A stretch of DNA of 64,000 bases from Eledone cirrhosa (lineage: Eukaryota). This document shows, piece after piece, positions 13,691 to 28,315 of the stretch. How positions within the stretch are numbered: position 1 is the first letter of the stretch; the number at the start of each line of letters is the position of its first letter. The notes below the pieces were generated by a model. It was not told where the DNA came from. It made no database searches and worked only from the letters and a program-made list of their open reading frames with translations. The stretch spans positions 34,038,001 through 34,102,000 of the forward strand of contig OZ024743.1 of the NCBI GenBank assembly GCA_964016885.1, read 5' to 3'. The position numbers and the translations under genes are program-made.

Positions 13691-14007
13691 TATGTATATA
13701 TGTATGTGTATGTGTGTATGTATGTATGTATGTATGTATGTATGTGTATGTGTCTGTGTAACTATTTTGGTTGCCAGTTTCCATAGGTAGACGTAGACAA
13801 CAATTATCTGCACCTTAATCACCGTCGATCGATGTTGTCTATTGTATATATGACATACTCTCTCTCTCACTAGCTCCCCCCTCTCTATCTCTTTCTCCCC
13901 CCCCCTCTCCCCTCTCTCTGCGTCTTTCTGGTTTGGTGTAGACTGAGATTTGATGGGTGGTGCGGTGAAGTGTATGTGGAGATAGATAGAGATAAAGAAA
14001 GAAAGAT

Positions 14008-14056
<49 letters not shown>

Positions 14057-14159
14057 GAGATAAGTAAAGTTAGATAAAAAGAGAGAGAGAGATAAATAAA
14101 TAAAAATAAATAGATAGATAGATGATAAAATGGCTAAAGATATTAAGATATTAAGATAG

Positions 14160-15783
14160 AGAGAGATGTTATGATAGAGAGAGGGGTTATGATAGAGAGA
14201 GGGGTTATGATAGAGAGGGGTTATGATAGAGAGAGGGGTTATGATAGAGACAGGGGTTATGATAGAGAGAGGGGTTATGATAGCGAGAGGGGTTATGATA
14301 GAGAGGGGTTATGATAGCGAGAGGGGTTATGATAGAGAGAGGAGTTATGATAGAGAGAGGGGTTATGATAGAGAGAGGGGTAATGATAGAGAGGGGTTAT
14401 GATAGAGAGAGAGGTTATGATAGAGAGAGGGGTTATGATAGAGAGGGGTTATGATAGAGAGAGGGGTTATGATAGAGAGAGGGGTTTTGATAGAGAGAGG
14501 GTTATGATAGAGAGAGGGGTTATGATAGAGAGAGATGTTATGATAGAGAGAGGGTTATGATAGAGAGAGGGGTTATGATAGAGAGAGGGGTTATGATAGA
14601 GAGAGGGTTATGATAGAGAGAGGGGTTATGATAGAGAGAGGAGTTATGATAGAGAGAGGGGTTATGATAGAGAGAGGGGTTATGATAGAGAGGGGTTATG
14701 ATAGAGAGAAGGGTTATGATAGAGAGAGGGGTTATGATAGAGAGGGGTTATGATAGAGAGAGGGTTATGATAGAGAGAGGGGTTATGATAGAGAGAGATG
14801 TTATGATAGAGAGAGGGCTTATGATAGAGAGAGGGTTATGATAGAGAGAGGGTTATGATAGAGAGAGGGGGTTATGATAGAGAGAGGGTTATGATAGAGA
14901 GAGGGGTTATGATAGAGAGAGATGTTATGATAGAGAGAGGGTTATGATAGAGAGAGGGGTTATGATAGAGAGAGGGGTTATGATAGAGAGAGGGGTTATG
15001 ATAGAGAGAGGGGTTATGATAGAGAGAGGGGTTATGATAGATAGAGATGTTAAGATAGAGAGAGGGGTTATGATAGAGAGAGGGGTTATGATAGAGAGAG
15101 ATGTTATGATAGAGAGAGGGTTATGATAGAGAGAGGGGGTTATGATAGAGAGAGGGTTATGATAGAGAGAGGGGTTATGATAGAGAGAGGGGTTATGATA
15201 GAGAGAGGGTTATGATAGAGAGAGGGGTTATGATAGAGAGAGGGGTTAAGATAGAGAGAGGGGTTATGATAGAGAGAAGGGTTATGATAGAGAGAGGGGT
15301 TATGATAGAGAGAGATGTTATGATAGAGAGAGGGTTATGATAGAGAGAGGGGGTTATGATAGAGAGAGGGTTATGATAGAGAGAGGGGTTATGATAGAGA
15401 GAGATGTTATGATAGAGAGAGGGGTTATGATAGAGAGAGATGTTATGATAGAGAGAGGGGTTATGATAGAGAGAGGGGTTAAGATAGAGAGAGGGGTTAT
15501 GATAGAGAGAGGGGTTATGATAGAGAGAGGGTTATGATAGAGAGAGGGGTTATGATAGAGAGAGGGGTTATGATAGAGAGAGGGGTTATGATAGAGAGAG
15601 GGTTATGATAGAGAGAGGGGTTATGATAGAGAGAGGGGTTATGATAGATAGTGATGTTAAGATAGAGAGAGGGGTTATGATAGAGAGAGGGGTTATGATA
15701 GAGAGAGGGGTTATGATAGAGAGGGGTTATGATAGAGAGAGGGGTTATGATAGAGAGAGGGGTTATGATAGAGAGAGGGGTTA

Positions 15784-15790
<7 letters not shown>
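14160..15790. repeat. ~18-bp GAGAGAGGGGTTATGATA minisatellite
   Basis: About 90 units; gives the MIERGV ORFs. Confidence 0.95.
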
Positions 15791-15824
<34 letters not shown>

Positions 15825-15996
15825 CTATTTTAGAAAGAAAGAGACGGCGAAAGACAGTATTCTTATCGGGAGCTGTAATGTCTGGTCTGGGACTCCTCCA
15901 CCTCCACCTCCACCTCCACCTCCACCTCCACCTCCACCCAAACTGAAACCTATGCAATTTCTCAACCAACAATATCACATTAGATCTTACTTCATT

Positions 15997-16057
<61 letters not shown>

Positions 16058-17212
16058 AATACACACTCACACATACACACACACACATTCACACATACAT
16101 ACACACTCACACATACACTTACACATACACACTCACACACACACATTCACACATACATACACACACACATACATACATACACACACTCACATAAATATAT
16201 ACATATACACACATACACATACACACACACGCACATACATACACACACATACCCATACACACATACATACACACTCACACACACATACATACACACACAC
16301 ACAGGCACATACATACATACATTCACACACACACACACACACACACATACATACACACATATACACATACACACACACAGACACATACATACATACACAC
16401 TCACACACACACATACATACACACACACACACACACACATACACACTCCACCTGATATCCCACCCCGTCTTTTCTCTTCTATTTTCATCCTCTGATCACT
16501 GACTCATTACTCACTTACCCCTCCCCCCCCCCCAATCACCATCACCACCACAGACACCACCACCACCACAAACACCACAAACACCACCACCACCACCACC
16601 ACCACCACAACAACCACCACCACCACCACAAACACTACCACCACCACAATCATCATCATCACCACCCTACAACAACAATAACACAACCACCACCACCACA
16701 ATCATCATCAGCATCACCGCCCAACAACAATAACACCACCACCACCACCACAATCATCATCAGCACCACCCTACAACTACAATAACACCACTATCACCAC
16801 TACAAACAACTAAGTCTATAATATCTCGTCCCGATGAAACCTCATCTTCAACCATGATGATGTTTTGGTTGTTCCAATCTGCCAATTAGTTGGACCTTTG
16901 CCAATTATGTGCAGATTAAACCCTGGCAACAAACCTGCTTTACATCTAACTCCATCGAAAAAAACCCTCATCCACCACACACAATGAATAAATAAATAAA
17001 AATAAAACGTCCTTCTCGGTGTATTTACCATCATCCCCAATTTTGTTCGACAGAAGGCAGAGAAACCCAGTTAGTAATAACAAATGATTCGCTAAAGGCT
17101 TTATGGTGAAAGTTAAAAAGTAAAACAATAATAGGAGTATTTTTTTTACGGAAAGGCCAGCAATTTTGTGGGAGGAGAAAAAAGCCGATTAAATCGATTC
17201 CAGTACTTGACT

Positions 17213-17410
17213 GCAGACCTGTCAACTCTCCCCGTCCGACGGGGCGATCTTTCACCCCCTTTGGGGTTGGTGAGAGATGTCTTCTCTTGTGAAAATTAGT
17301 ATAGCTTTCATTATGTAAAATCTCCCCATTTTGCCTCATTTCTCTCCGTTTTGAGGCACTTTTTTTCCATAGTACTCCCCGTTTGTGTTTTTAGAAGTTG
17401 GCAGGTTTGT
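17213..17410. mobile_element. ~190-bp MITE with (G)CAGACCTGYCAAC TIRs, inserted into a SINE
   Basis: The TIRs are visible and the element interrupts the SINE motif CCAGTACTTGACTGG, with TGACTG duplicated. Other copies lie at 18963-19158 and 28024-28192 (inverted). Confidence 0.75.
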
Positions 17411-18962
17411 GACTGGTTATCTATTTTATCGAATCCCGGAAGGATAAAAGGCAAAATTGACCTCGGCGAGATTTGGACTCAGGACGTAGAGAGCCGGAAG
17501 ATTTATCGATCTACACTCCGAGTAATAATTTCTAATTTAAGTTCAATGAAGGGAAGTCGATAAGTCGACTCCAATACTTGACTGGTACTTTATTTCATCG
17601 ACTTCTGATAGATGAAAGACAAAGTTGAGCTCAGCGGGATAACTAAATTACAAGAAACAAATTTGTTCGACGTTTTCCCAATTCTGCCGTTCCACGCTGT
17701 TCTTATCAATAACTACCAAATAATGACTATTCCGTCAAGGTTAACTTTGCCTTTCATCCTTACGGGGTCGATAAAATAAAGTACCAGTAATGCACTGGGT
17801 ATTTGCTGGCCTTGTGCCAAAAGTAGAAACAATTATTAATTCTAATGAGGTTAGCTTCACCTTTCATCCTTAGGAGCCGATAAATTAAAACGCTGGGGTC
17901 GATATAATAGAGTTTCCCATCCCGTTGTTCCTAAATCATCATTTCTAATGTAAGCACAATGTGAGAGATTTCAGGGGATAATAATAGTTGATTATATCGT
18001 CAACAGTACTTGTGTGTGTGTGTGACAGCTCACAGCTATGCAGGTTTAGCTGGCCTCCTCTAATGTATATCCCGTTGGAGGTGTCTTGGGTGATTTAATG
18101 ATAGCGACCCCAGTCCTATCATCTCATTTCTACAGCTGAGTAAACTGGATCAACGTGAAATAAAATGTCTCGCTCAAGGAAACAACACATCACCCGGTCC
18201 GAGAATTGAACTCACAACCTTTCGATTGCAAGCCCAATGCTCTAACCACTTGACTGGTACTATATCTCGTCGATCGAGCCCGAAAGAATAAAACACAAAG
18301 TGGACCTCGACAGGGTTTCGTCTCACCCTCTTCCGAGTCTGCCAATCCAGCGCCATAGTAGATAAATATACAAATAATAGATACATACATAAATAATAGA
18401 CAAATAAATAAAATGAAATAAACGTGTAAGTAAAGCATCTCTTTCAGAGGAGGGAATATGTTTAATGATTTCAAACTGAGAAACATTCTTAACCACAGAA
18501 GGGAGACTGTTATGATAAAGAAAGAAAAAGGACCCTTAACTCCTGATGGAGTCGTAGGGGCGTCGTCCTAGCACACGGCGTCTCTTGGACCTTTTTAACT
18601 TGTCCAGTTTAGAACTCAGTCGATTTCTTTGAGAGAAATAAAAGAGAGAGAGAGAGAGGAAATTCGACCCCGGTACTGAAATAGTATTTTATTTATCGAC
18701 CAAGATAACATGAAAAGGAAAGTTGACCTGGGTGGGATTTGAACTCAGAGTGCAGAGAACCGGAACGAATACCCCACCACACTCGTTGTAACGGCTTTGC
18801 TAATTCGCCGCCTCATAACTTTCAAAGGATGGAAATATCTATCTAGTTTATTTCAAACAGACAAACTTTTTAACAACAGAAGTGAGACTTTGATCGACAT
18901 GAAACTATGGTAAATGTCATTTTCCTTTGATTCCTCGCAGTGGGATCGAACCTGAGCCCTTG

Positions 18963-19158
18963 TCAGACCTGTCAACTCTCCCCGTCTGATGGGGCGATCT
19001 CCCATCCACTTTGGGGTGGGTGAGAGATGTCTTCTCTTGTGAAAATAGGTATAGCTTTCATTGAGTAAAATCTCTCCATTTTGCCTCATTTCTCCCCGTT
19101 TTGGGGCTCCCTTTTTCATGGTACTCCCCATTTGGGTTTTTAGAGGTTGGTAGGTCTG
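18963..19158. mobile_element. Second copy of the CAGACCTG-TIR MITE
   Basis: High similarity to 17213-17410. Confidence 0.75.
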
Positions 19159-20760
19159 CTATGATAAAAAGCATTCCAACCATGGACATTACATTACATC
19201 TAAAGTGCAACGTCTCATGTAATATATAAGGGAGATTCGGTTGCTATTTTAGCATGTCGAACGACCACGTGGAGATTCTCTCTTTTGCTTGATTTGAAGA
19301 TGTTTACAAATGGTGCAAACTTCTTAAACGTTCGACCATGCTACGTCCACTCTATCTGATAGTATCAGTAGTAGTACTTCTGCGCCGAAGTCAGCACCTT
19401 CTCCACTATCATCAATAGCAAGCCACCTTCAGTTCATACTACCCATACACTTCGAAACTATCGATTATGGCTAAGATTTAGAGACAGTGGACAATCAGAC
19501 GTAGAGGTGTATAGTTAACATCGTGTGACCAGCTATCGTTTGTCTGGTTGTCACTTAACTATACCTAAGTATTACTGTAATGCTGTAAGCCGCGTGGAGG
19601 CTAGCTTGTCTGCTTTAACAATGAAAGGGATAAATTGATATACTTTTAATTGAATAAAGAACCTTAATTTAACCACAATCATAATCCACCACCCCCGCTC
19701 TCAACTATTCGGCACTCAACCTGAAATTTTGGATGAAAGGACGGCCTATTATATCGGCCCTTGCAAGGTGTTTTGTGGAAGACCAGCAGTCGCCCATGCA
19801 TGCTTGTCTCCCCTCTCCATGTCACCTTCTCTAAATAGATTTGGATTTCATTTAACAATACAAAGATGTTGAATGTAGTTATTCTCCCTGCTAGAAATCT
19901 CCATCATATCATATACCTTTATCATATAAAAAGTTGACGTGCTGGATAATATAATTTTCTGTTTCCTGTACATTGGAAAAAGACCAGATAGTTAAGGCTG
20001 GATGCTTTTGATCATAGTTCTTCTCGATCAGGGTTGACCTAAGGTCAACATTGTCTATTTTGCATACAGTAAACAGCGTCTGAGGGAGAAAGGGGAGCAG
20101 AGGAATTGTAGCTCAGTGTAAGGGGAGATATATAGAAGTAATGTCTTTGTTGCTGTTTAGTCCTCGGTCAACAACCCTGATCAACCAGAGATATAATGAC
20201 TTCTACTATAGGCACAAGGCCAGCAATTTTAGGGGGAGGGGAAAGTCGATTAAATCGACCTCAGTTCATTGCTGGTACTTTATTTTATCAACCCCTAAAG
20301 GGAAAGCTAACCTAGGCGGAATTTGAAATCAGAACGTAAAGGGCTATAACTCTGTGCTGTGAAGCATGGTGTCCGATGCTCTACCAATGCTGCCAATCCA
20401 CCACCCTAACCAGACATATAATGGAAGGTATTCCTGAAATGGCCATCCCATCCTTTCAGAAGTTTATATTTTTTAATGTGACTTCTTCATTTAAGAGGGT
20501 AGCGAGATTTGTTTTGTATTTCTAGCTTTGTTACCTATGTAAATATAATTAGTCGTGGTTTGCCGTATATAGCGTTGCACAGCCAATTACAATAGCTGCA
20601 GCAGCAACAACAACAACAACCACAGTAAAAACTGTAGCATAGTAACTATAACCATAACAACAACATCGATTATAGTAACAAAAACAATAAAAACGACTGT
20701 GACATGTATGTGTGTGTCTGTAAATATATATATATATATATATATACATATTTATATATC

Positions 20761-20815
<55 letters not shown>

Positions 20816-20946
20816 AGTATGTTTTGAAACAGTGAGCAGGTTTGAAATTAGAAATAGAATAGCTTTCACCGTATTTTTTTGATTAAAGAAATTTTAGTCT
20901 GATAATGGGATTTAGAACCCTCAGATAAATGGAAAAAGATGAGTAT

Positions 20947-21025
<79 letters not shown>

Positions 21026-21043
21026 CATATATATATATATATA

Positions 21044-21130
<87 letters not shown>

Positions 21131-21132
<2 letters not shown>

Positions 21133-21740
21133 GGTGGCTGCCAATTCGTTTTCGAGTACGGCCACTACTTTATATCCATGTAGGAGAACCCCTACCGATG
21201 CGCTGAACGAGTGTGACTTTTTAGTCCAGCCAGCGACTTGAAAACTCTGGTACAAACACTACACTTGTGACAATTATTGACACATAGTGCTGGGCCCATG
21301 GTACCATGTGACGACAAGTGCAGAGAGATCTCCAGATATAAAGCAATGCCTGTGCCGTGAAACTTTTATAGTGAGCAAAGGCACTGCACAAAGCCAGTCC
21401 CACTCTCTTAACCAAGATGATATTTACCCCCAAAAAGAACAAGTCAACATTATTGGATACCATCAGGGTTGAAAGTGTTATATCAGAGTTTTCCTTCTCC
21501 TAGAATTCTGCCTTGACAAAGGCTAAGGGGTCATCTCTCCCGGTGATTTTGGATGGCCATTGACTCTTAAGAGCTCCTTTGCCTTTTGACAGGTTTTGTT
21601 TTTAGTCGTGCAGGATGTCCAAAGTCACCCTCCTCACCAAGAAACCTTGGTAGGGTTGCCAGTTTAGTCGCCAACGACCCGGCCATGGGAGAGGTTGTAC
21701 TGATATACATGTTACCAGTAGCACCAACTGGTGACCTGAC
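21131..21740 (-). mobile_element. RTE-like retroelement 5' region (non-autonomous relic)
   Basis: Homologous to 59060-59330 (+), sharing GGCGACTAAACYGGCAAC, GGTGAGGAGGGTGA, GAGTCAATGGC and CTAGGAGARGGAAACTCTG. Flanked by (TA)n and (CATA)n. Confidence 0.55.
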
Positions 21741-21763
21741 ATATACATACATACATACATACA

Positions 21764-21796
<33 letters not shown>

Positions 21797-22663
21797 TCAT
21801 TCATACATGATCAGGAATTATAACTGTGAACAAAAAAAGTACTACTACACACAATTGAGCTAGAAATAACAACCAGAACCCATTCAGATTGCATCTTAAA
21901 GATGAAAGTATCCATTGAAAAATGTGTTTGTGAGAGTTGGAAGGTCTGCTTTGATCCTATACAGGTCTGTTCAATCAGGACAGATTTGTGCCTAAACAAC
22001 AGCAGTAATAACGAGCCCAGCAGTAATAACAATTATTGCTTCTATTTTACGAACAAGGCCAGCAATTTGAAGGGGAGGGGGAAGTCGATTGAATCGATCC
22101 CAGTGCTTACAGCTACTTTATTCTATCAACCCCGTAAGAATGAAAGGCAAAGCTAGCCTGGGCGGGTTTTGAACTGAGAACATAAAGGGCCGTAACTCTA
22201 TGCTACGAAGCATGGTGTCCGACGCCTCTAAGTAATAATTTTTTTCTACTTTTGGCACAAGACCAGCAATTGCTTAGTACATTACAGGTACTTTTTTTAT
22301 CGACCCCATAAGGATGAAAGGCAAAGTTAACCTCGGCGGGATTTGAACTCAGACCGTAAAGGGACGTGACTATGCTAGAAAGCATGGCGTCCAACCCTCT
22401 ACCGATACTTTCTAGCATAGTTACGCTCTAAGTAATAATATCGGTAACTTCAACGACGTTAGCAATAATGCAGCACCAACTAGTAACAACGGTAGTAGTC
22501 ATAACAACAACGGTAAAAGTCATAACAATGGTAACAGTCGTAACAACGGTAACAGTCGTAACAACAGCAGCAGTTCCAATAATAGAAATCACAACAACGG
22601 CTGCAGTTCCAGCAGTATTTGTCACAACAATTAACAGTAGTTTAGTCTTAAGTCAGACCTGAT

Positions 22664-22838
22664 CAGTGCCGGATTTACGATTGTGCTCAGGTGTGCTGAA
22701 GCACAGGGCCTCATTGGCCGGGTGGGGTTGGTGGGTCCATCTTCCTGCCAAAATGTTTTTTTAGCTCCTTCAGGGCCCAAGTAAGAGGTCTCATAACTTA
22801 ACTGGCACAGGGCCTCATTCATCCTAAATCCGGTACTG
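22664..22838. mobile_element. hAT-type MITE
   Basis: TIRs CAGTGCCGGATTTA / TAAATCCGGTACTG with a perfect 8-bp TSD, GACCTGAT. Confidence 0.9.
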
Positions 22839-23043
22839 GACCTGATGAAGCAGATCTATGGTCAAAGGCCTTCTCGCCCCGACTATCTCGTCTTTTTACT
22901 TCGTCTTTTATACATATAATATTAAATTGTTCATGTGTCCTATGCTTTTCTTTGAGGGGCGGCAGAGACCTGGCTGCTATATCTACCAGGTCGAGTGACT
23001 GCTAAGAGACTCCGCTCTTTGTCTTATCAATATAAGCTACAAC

Positions 23044-23324
23044 CAGGGGCCTCACTTACCTTTAAAATGTGAGGGGTACAAACCAACATTTGTTGATTCT
23101 TATAGCAGCATGTTAGTATTGCTTATGGTGCCTTTCCCGGACCCTATCACATAAGTAAAGTTTTACGCTAATTAAATTTTATATATTCAAATGAAGTTCA
23201 GATATTAAAAAATAAGCTTAAAAAGTATTTATTATATCAAATAAACAAAAAATAAAAGATAGACATTTGAAAAAATGGGGGGGGGGGGCTTGTCCCCTGG
23301 TACCCCCCTGAAACAAGGCCATTG
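23044..23324. mobile_element. hAT-type MITE (older)
   Basis: Ends CAGGGGCCT / AGGCCATTG; 8-bp TSD GCTACAAC / GGTACAAC with one mismatch. Confidence 0.65.
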
Positions 23325-24327
23325 GGTACAACTGTTAATTATTACAACAATAAGTCAAAACAACAACCACAGTAACAGCCACCCAAACAATAACAGTTAC
23401 AACAGTAGCTGTAGAAATTTTAAATTACTAATAATAATTGTTTCTACTATTGGCACAAGGCCAGCAATTATCCCAGTGTATTACTGGTACTTTATTTTAT
23501 CAACCCCGTAAGGATGAAAGGCAAAGTTAACCTCGGCGGGATTTGAACTCAGAATGGCAATGGTTTTTTATATAGGCATAAGGCCAGCACTTTTTGGGGA
23601 GAGGAAAGTCGATTAAATCGACCCAAGGGCATTACTGGTATTTTATTTTATCGACTCCATAAGAATGAAAGGCAAACCTAACATCGGCGGGATTTGAACT
23701 CAGACCGTAAAGGACCATAGCTCTATTCTTGCAAAACGTGTCTGACGCTTTACCGATATTGCCAATCCAAATAGTAATAATAATAAACACTGCAGTGGGA
23801 AGAGCAATCAAAAGAACACCTACTGCAGTAGCATCAACAGTGACAGCAACGATTACAACAGTAGTAACGATAACAGAAACATAAATAGCTGCCTCAACAG
23901 AAGCAACAACAACAGTAACAACAACTGCTACGATAGCAGCATCCACTACTACAGTAGTAACATCAACAGTAACAACAGTAACATGCATGGCAATAATAAC
24001 ATCAGTAGCAATAACAGTAACAACAACAGCTATAACAGTAACAACAACAGCTATAACAGTAACAACAACAGTAGCAACAACAACAGTAACAACAACAACA
24101 GTCACAGTAGCAACAACAACAGTAACAACAACAACAGTAACAACAGCTATCACAGTAGCAACAACAACAGTAATAACAACTATCACAGTAGCAACAACAA
24201 CAGTAACAACAACAACAGTAACAACATCACCAACATGAACAGTAAACAGTTACAGCATTAACAGTAACAACGATAGTAGCAACAAGAACAACACCAAGAG
24301 ACCACCAGCACCACCACAACCACCATC

Positions 24328-24358
<31 letters not shown>

Positions 24359-24378
24359 CCACCACAACAACCACCACC

Positions 24379-24409
<31 letters not shown>

Positions 24410-24519
24410 CCACAACAACAACAACAACAACAACGGCAACAACAGATCACAAATATAAGTATTACAATAGCAACGAATGCAACACAAACAGATAGTAATG
24501 ACAATATAAACATAAATAA

Positions 24520-27300
24520 TAACAGCAGCTATAACGGTAATGACAGCAGCTAAAACGGTAATGACAGCAGCTATAACGGTAATGACAGCAGCTATAATGG
24601 TAATGACAGAAGCTATAATGGCAATGACAGCAGCTATAACGGTAATGACAGCAGCTATAACGGTAATGGCAGCAGCTATAACGGTAATGGCAGCAGCTAT
24701 AATGGTAATGACAGCAGCTATAATGGTAATAACAGCAGCTATAACGGTAATGACAGCAGCTAAAACGGTAATGACAGCAGCTATAACGGTAATGGCAGCA
24801 GCTATAACGGTAATGACAGCAGCTATAATGGTAATGACAGAAGCTATAATGGTAATAACAGCAGCTATAACGGTAATGACAGCAGCTAAAACGGTAATGA
24901 CAGCAGCTATAACGGTAATGGCAGCAGCTATAATGGTAATGACAGCAGCTATAACGGTAATGACAGCAGCTATAATGGTAATGGCAGCAGCTATAACGGT
25001 AATGACAGCAGCTATAACAGTAATGACAGAAGCTATAATGGTAATGACAGCAGCTATAACGGTAATGACAGCAGCTATAACGGTAATGGCAGCAGCTATA
25101 ACGGTAATAACAGCAGCTATAATGGTAATGACAGCAGCTATAACGGTAATAACAGCAGCTATAATGGTAATGACAGCAACTATAACGGTAATGACAGCAG
25201 CTATAATGGTAATGACAGCAGCTATAACGGTAATGACAGCAGCTATAACGGTAATGACAGCAGCTATAATGGTAATGACAGCAGCTATAATGGTAATGAC
25301 AGCAGCTATAACGGTAATGACAGCAGCTATAACGGTAATGGCAGCAGCTATAACGGTAATGACAGCAGTTATAACGGTAATGACAGATGCTATAATGGTA
25401 ATGACAGCAGCTATAACGGTAATGACAGCAACTATAACGGTAATGACAGCAGTTATAATGGTAATGACAGCAACTATAACTGTAATAGCAGCTATAACTG
25501 TCATGACAGCAGCTATAACGGTAATGACAGCAGCTATAACGGTAATGACAGCAGCTATAATGGTAATGACAGCAGCTATAATGGTAACGACAGAAGCTAT
25601 AATGGTAATGACAGCAGCTATAACGGTAATGACAGCAGCTATAACGGTAATGACAGCAGCTATAATGGTAATAACAGCAGCTATAATGGTAATGACAGAA
25701 GCTATAATGGTAATGACAGCAGCTATAACGGTAATGACAGCAACTATAATGGTAATGACAGCAGCTATAACGGTAATGACAGAGGCTATAATGGTAATGA
25801 CAGCAGCTATAACGGTAATGGCAGAGGCTATAATGGTAATGACAGAAGCTATAATGGTAATGACAGCAGCTATAACGGTAATGACAGCAGCTATAACGGT
25901 AATGACAGCAGCTATAATGGTAATGACAGAAGCTATAATGGTAATGACAGCAGCTATAACGGTAATGACAGCAGCTATAATGGTAATGACAGCAGCTATA
26001 ACGGTAATGATAGAGGCTATAATGGTAATGACAGCAGCTATAACGGTAATGACAGAGACTATAATGGTAATGACAACAGCTATAATGGTAATGACAGCAA
26101 CTATAACGGTAACGGCAGCAGCTATAACGGTAATGACAGCAGCTATAATGGTAATGACAGCAGCTATAATGGTAATGACAGAGGCTATAATGGTAATGAC
26201 AGCAACTATAACGGTAATGACAGCAGCTATAATGGTAATGACAGCAACTATAACGGTAATGGCAGCAGCTATAATGGTAATGACAGCAGCTATAACGGTA
26301 ATGACAGCAGCTATAACGGTAATGACAGCAACTATAATGGTGATGACAGCAACTATAACGGTAATGGCAGCAGCTATAACGGTAATGACAGCAGCTATAA
26401 TGGTAATGACAGCAGCTATAACGGTAATGACAGAGGCTATAATGGTAATGACAGCAGTTATAATGGTAATGACAGCAGTTATAATGGTAATGACAGCAGC
26501 TATAATGGTAATGACAGCAACTATAACGGTAATGACAGCAGTCATAATGGTAATGGCAGCAGCTATAATGGTAATGACAGCAACTATAACAGTAATGACA
26601 GCAGCTATAACGGTAATGACAGCAGCTATAATGGTAATAACAGCAGCATATAACAGTAATGACGGCAGCTATAACGGTAATGACAGCAGCTATAACGGTA
26701 ATGGCAGCAGTTATAATGGTAATGACAGCAGCTATAATGGTAATGACAGCAGCTATAATGGTAATGACAGAAGCTATAATGGTAATGGCAGCAGCTATAA
26801 TGGTAATGACAGCAGCTATAACGGTAATGACAGCAACTATAATGGTAATAACAGCAGTTATAACGGTAATGACAGCAGCTATAATGGTAATGACAGCAAC
26901 TATAACTGTAATGGCAGCAGCTATAACGGTAATGACAGCAACTATAACTGTAATGGCAGCAGCTATAACGGTAATGACAGCAGCTATAACGGTAATGACA
27001 GCAGCTATAATGGTAATAACAGCAGTTATAACGGTAATGACAGAGGCTATAATGGTAATGACAGCAACTATAACGGTAGTGATAGCATCTATAATGGTAA
27101 TGACAGCAGTTATAATGGTAATGACAGCAACTATAACGGTAATGACAGCAACTATAACGGTAATGACAGCAGTTATAATGGTAATGACAGCAGTTATAAC
27201 GGTAATGTCAGAGGCTATAATGGTAATGACAGCAGCTATAAAGGTAATGACAGCAGCTATAATGGTAATGACAGCAGCGATAACAGTAATGATAACTCAT
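24520..27300. repeat. 21-bp AATGACAGCAGCTATAAYGGT minisatellite
   Basis: About 130 units; explains the 929-aa and 739-aa ORFs. Confidence 0.95.
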
Positions 27301-28023
27301 ACAGTAGTAACACATTGCATCATAAATAGTAAGAACTGTAATGATAGTAGCAACATCAACAGCATCCATTACAAAGCAATCTCAGCAGCGAGAGCAACAA
27401 TAACAACAACAACACTAACAGAAGCGCATTTATGACTTCTAACAGGCAAAAGGTCAAATTTGGAGTGAGGAAGAAGCCCTTAAAATTTGATCGGTTTTTC
27501 TCAGTTGCATTCTCTAACTTGGTGAATGAAGCCTAGGCGACATCAGTGCATTGACCCCAGTACATAACAGGTACTTCAATTTATTTTATCGATGCCCCAT
27601 GAAGGTAAAACAGACAATGTTGATCACCCCAGAATTTGAACTCAGAACAAAAAGAGACATAACAAAATATTAGAAACTAATCTTTCTTACTCTATATCGA
27701 TTTTGTCATTCCGCGCTGAACTTATCAATAACAACTGTTTATAATACAGGTTGTCTCGAAACATGTATACACGCCTTGATTACCTGTACAGGCAATATTT
27801 ATTAGAATGCTCTTGAAGTGCGCATAAATATTTTGGGGACACCCTGTATATGAACAAGGCCAGATATTTAAGCGGATGAGAATAGACAACTGTATTGATC
27901 CAAGTACTTGACTGGTCCTTTATTTTATTGACCCCGGAAGGAGAAAAGAGCATAGTTGACCTTGGTGGGATTTGAACTCAAAACGTAAAGCCGGGACAAA
28001 TATCACAATGCATCTTGTCGAAC

Positions 28024-28192
28024 GCAGACCTGCCAACCTCTAAAACCCATGAAGTGCCCCAAAACGGAGAGAAATGAGGCAAAATGGGGAGATTTTAGAT
28101 AATGAAAGCTATACCCATTTTCACAAGAGAAGACATCTCCCCAAAGTGGGTGGGAGATCTCCCTGTTGGACGGGGAGAGTTGACAGGTCTGC
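28024..28192. mobile_element. Third, inverted copy of the CAGACCTG-TIR MITE
   Basis: GCAGACCTGCCAAC...GTTGACAGGTCTGC. Confidence 0.75.
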
Positions 28193-28315
28193 AGATGTTT
28201 CACTGATTCTATCAAGCCGCTACCTTAAACACCGTCACCCCCTCAAAAAAAAAAACACCAACACCGGTAATCCAGAAATTGGGGAAAGCAAGAGAGCGAA
28301 GAAGAGGGCGTGCAA

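Noticed and set aside
24326-27435. 929-aa and 739-aa ORFs (TAAITVM / VITVIAA; SSYNGND in another frame)
   Set aside because: A 21-bp minisatellite open on both strands. The SSYNGND frame has TAA stops (e.g. 24551), there is a frameshift near 26648, and there is no unique flanking coding sequence.
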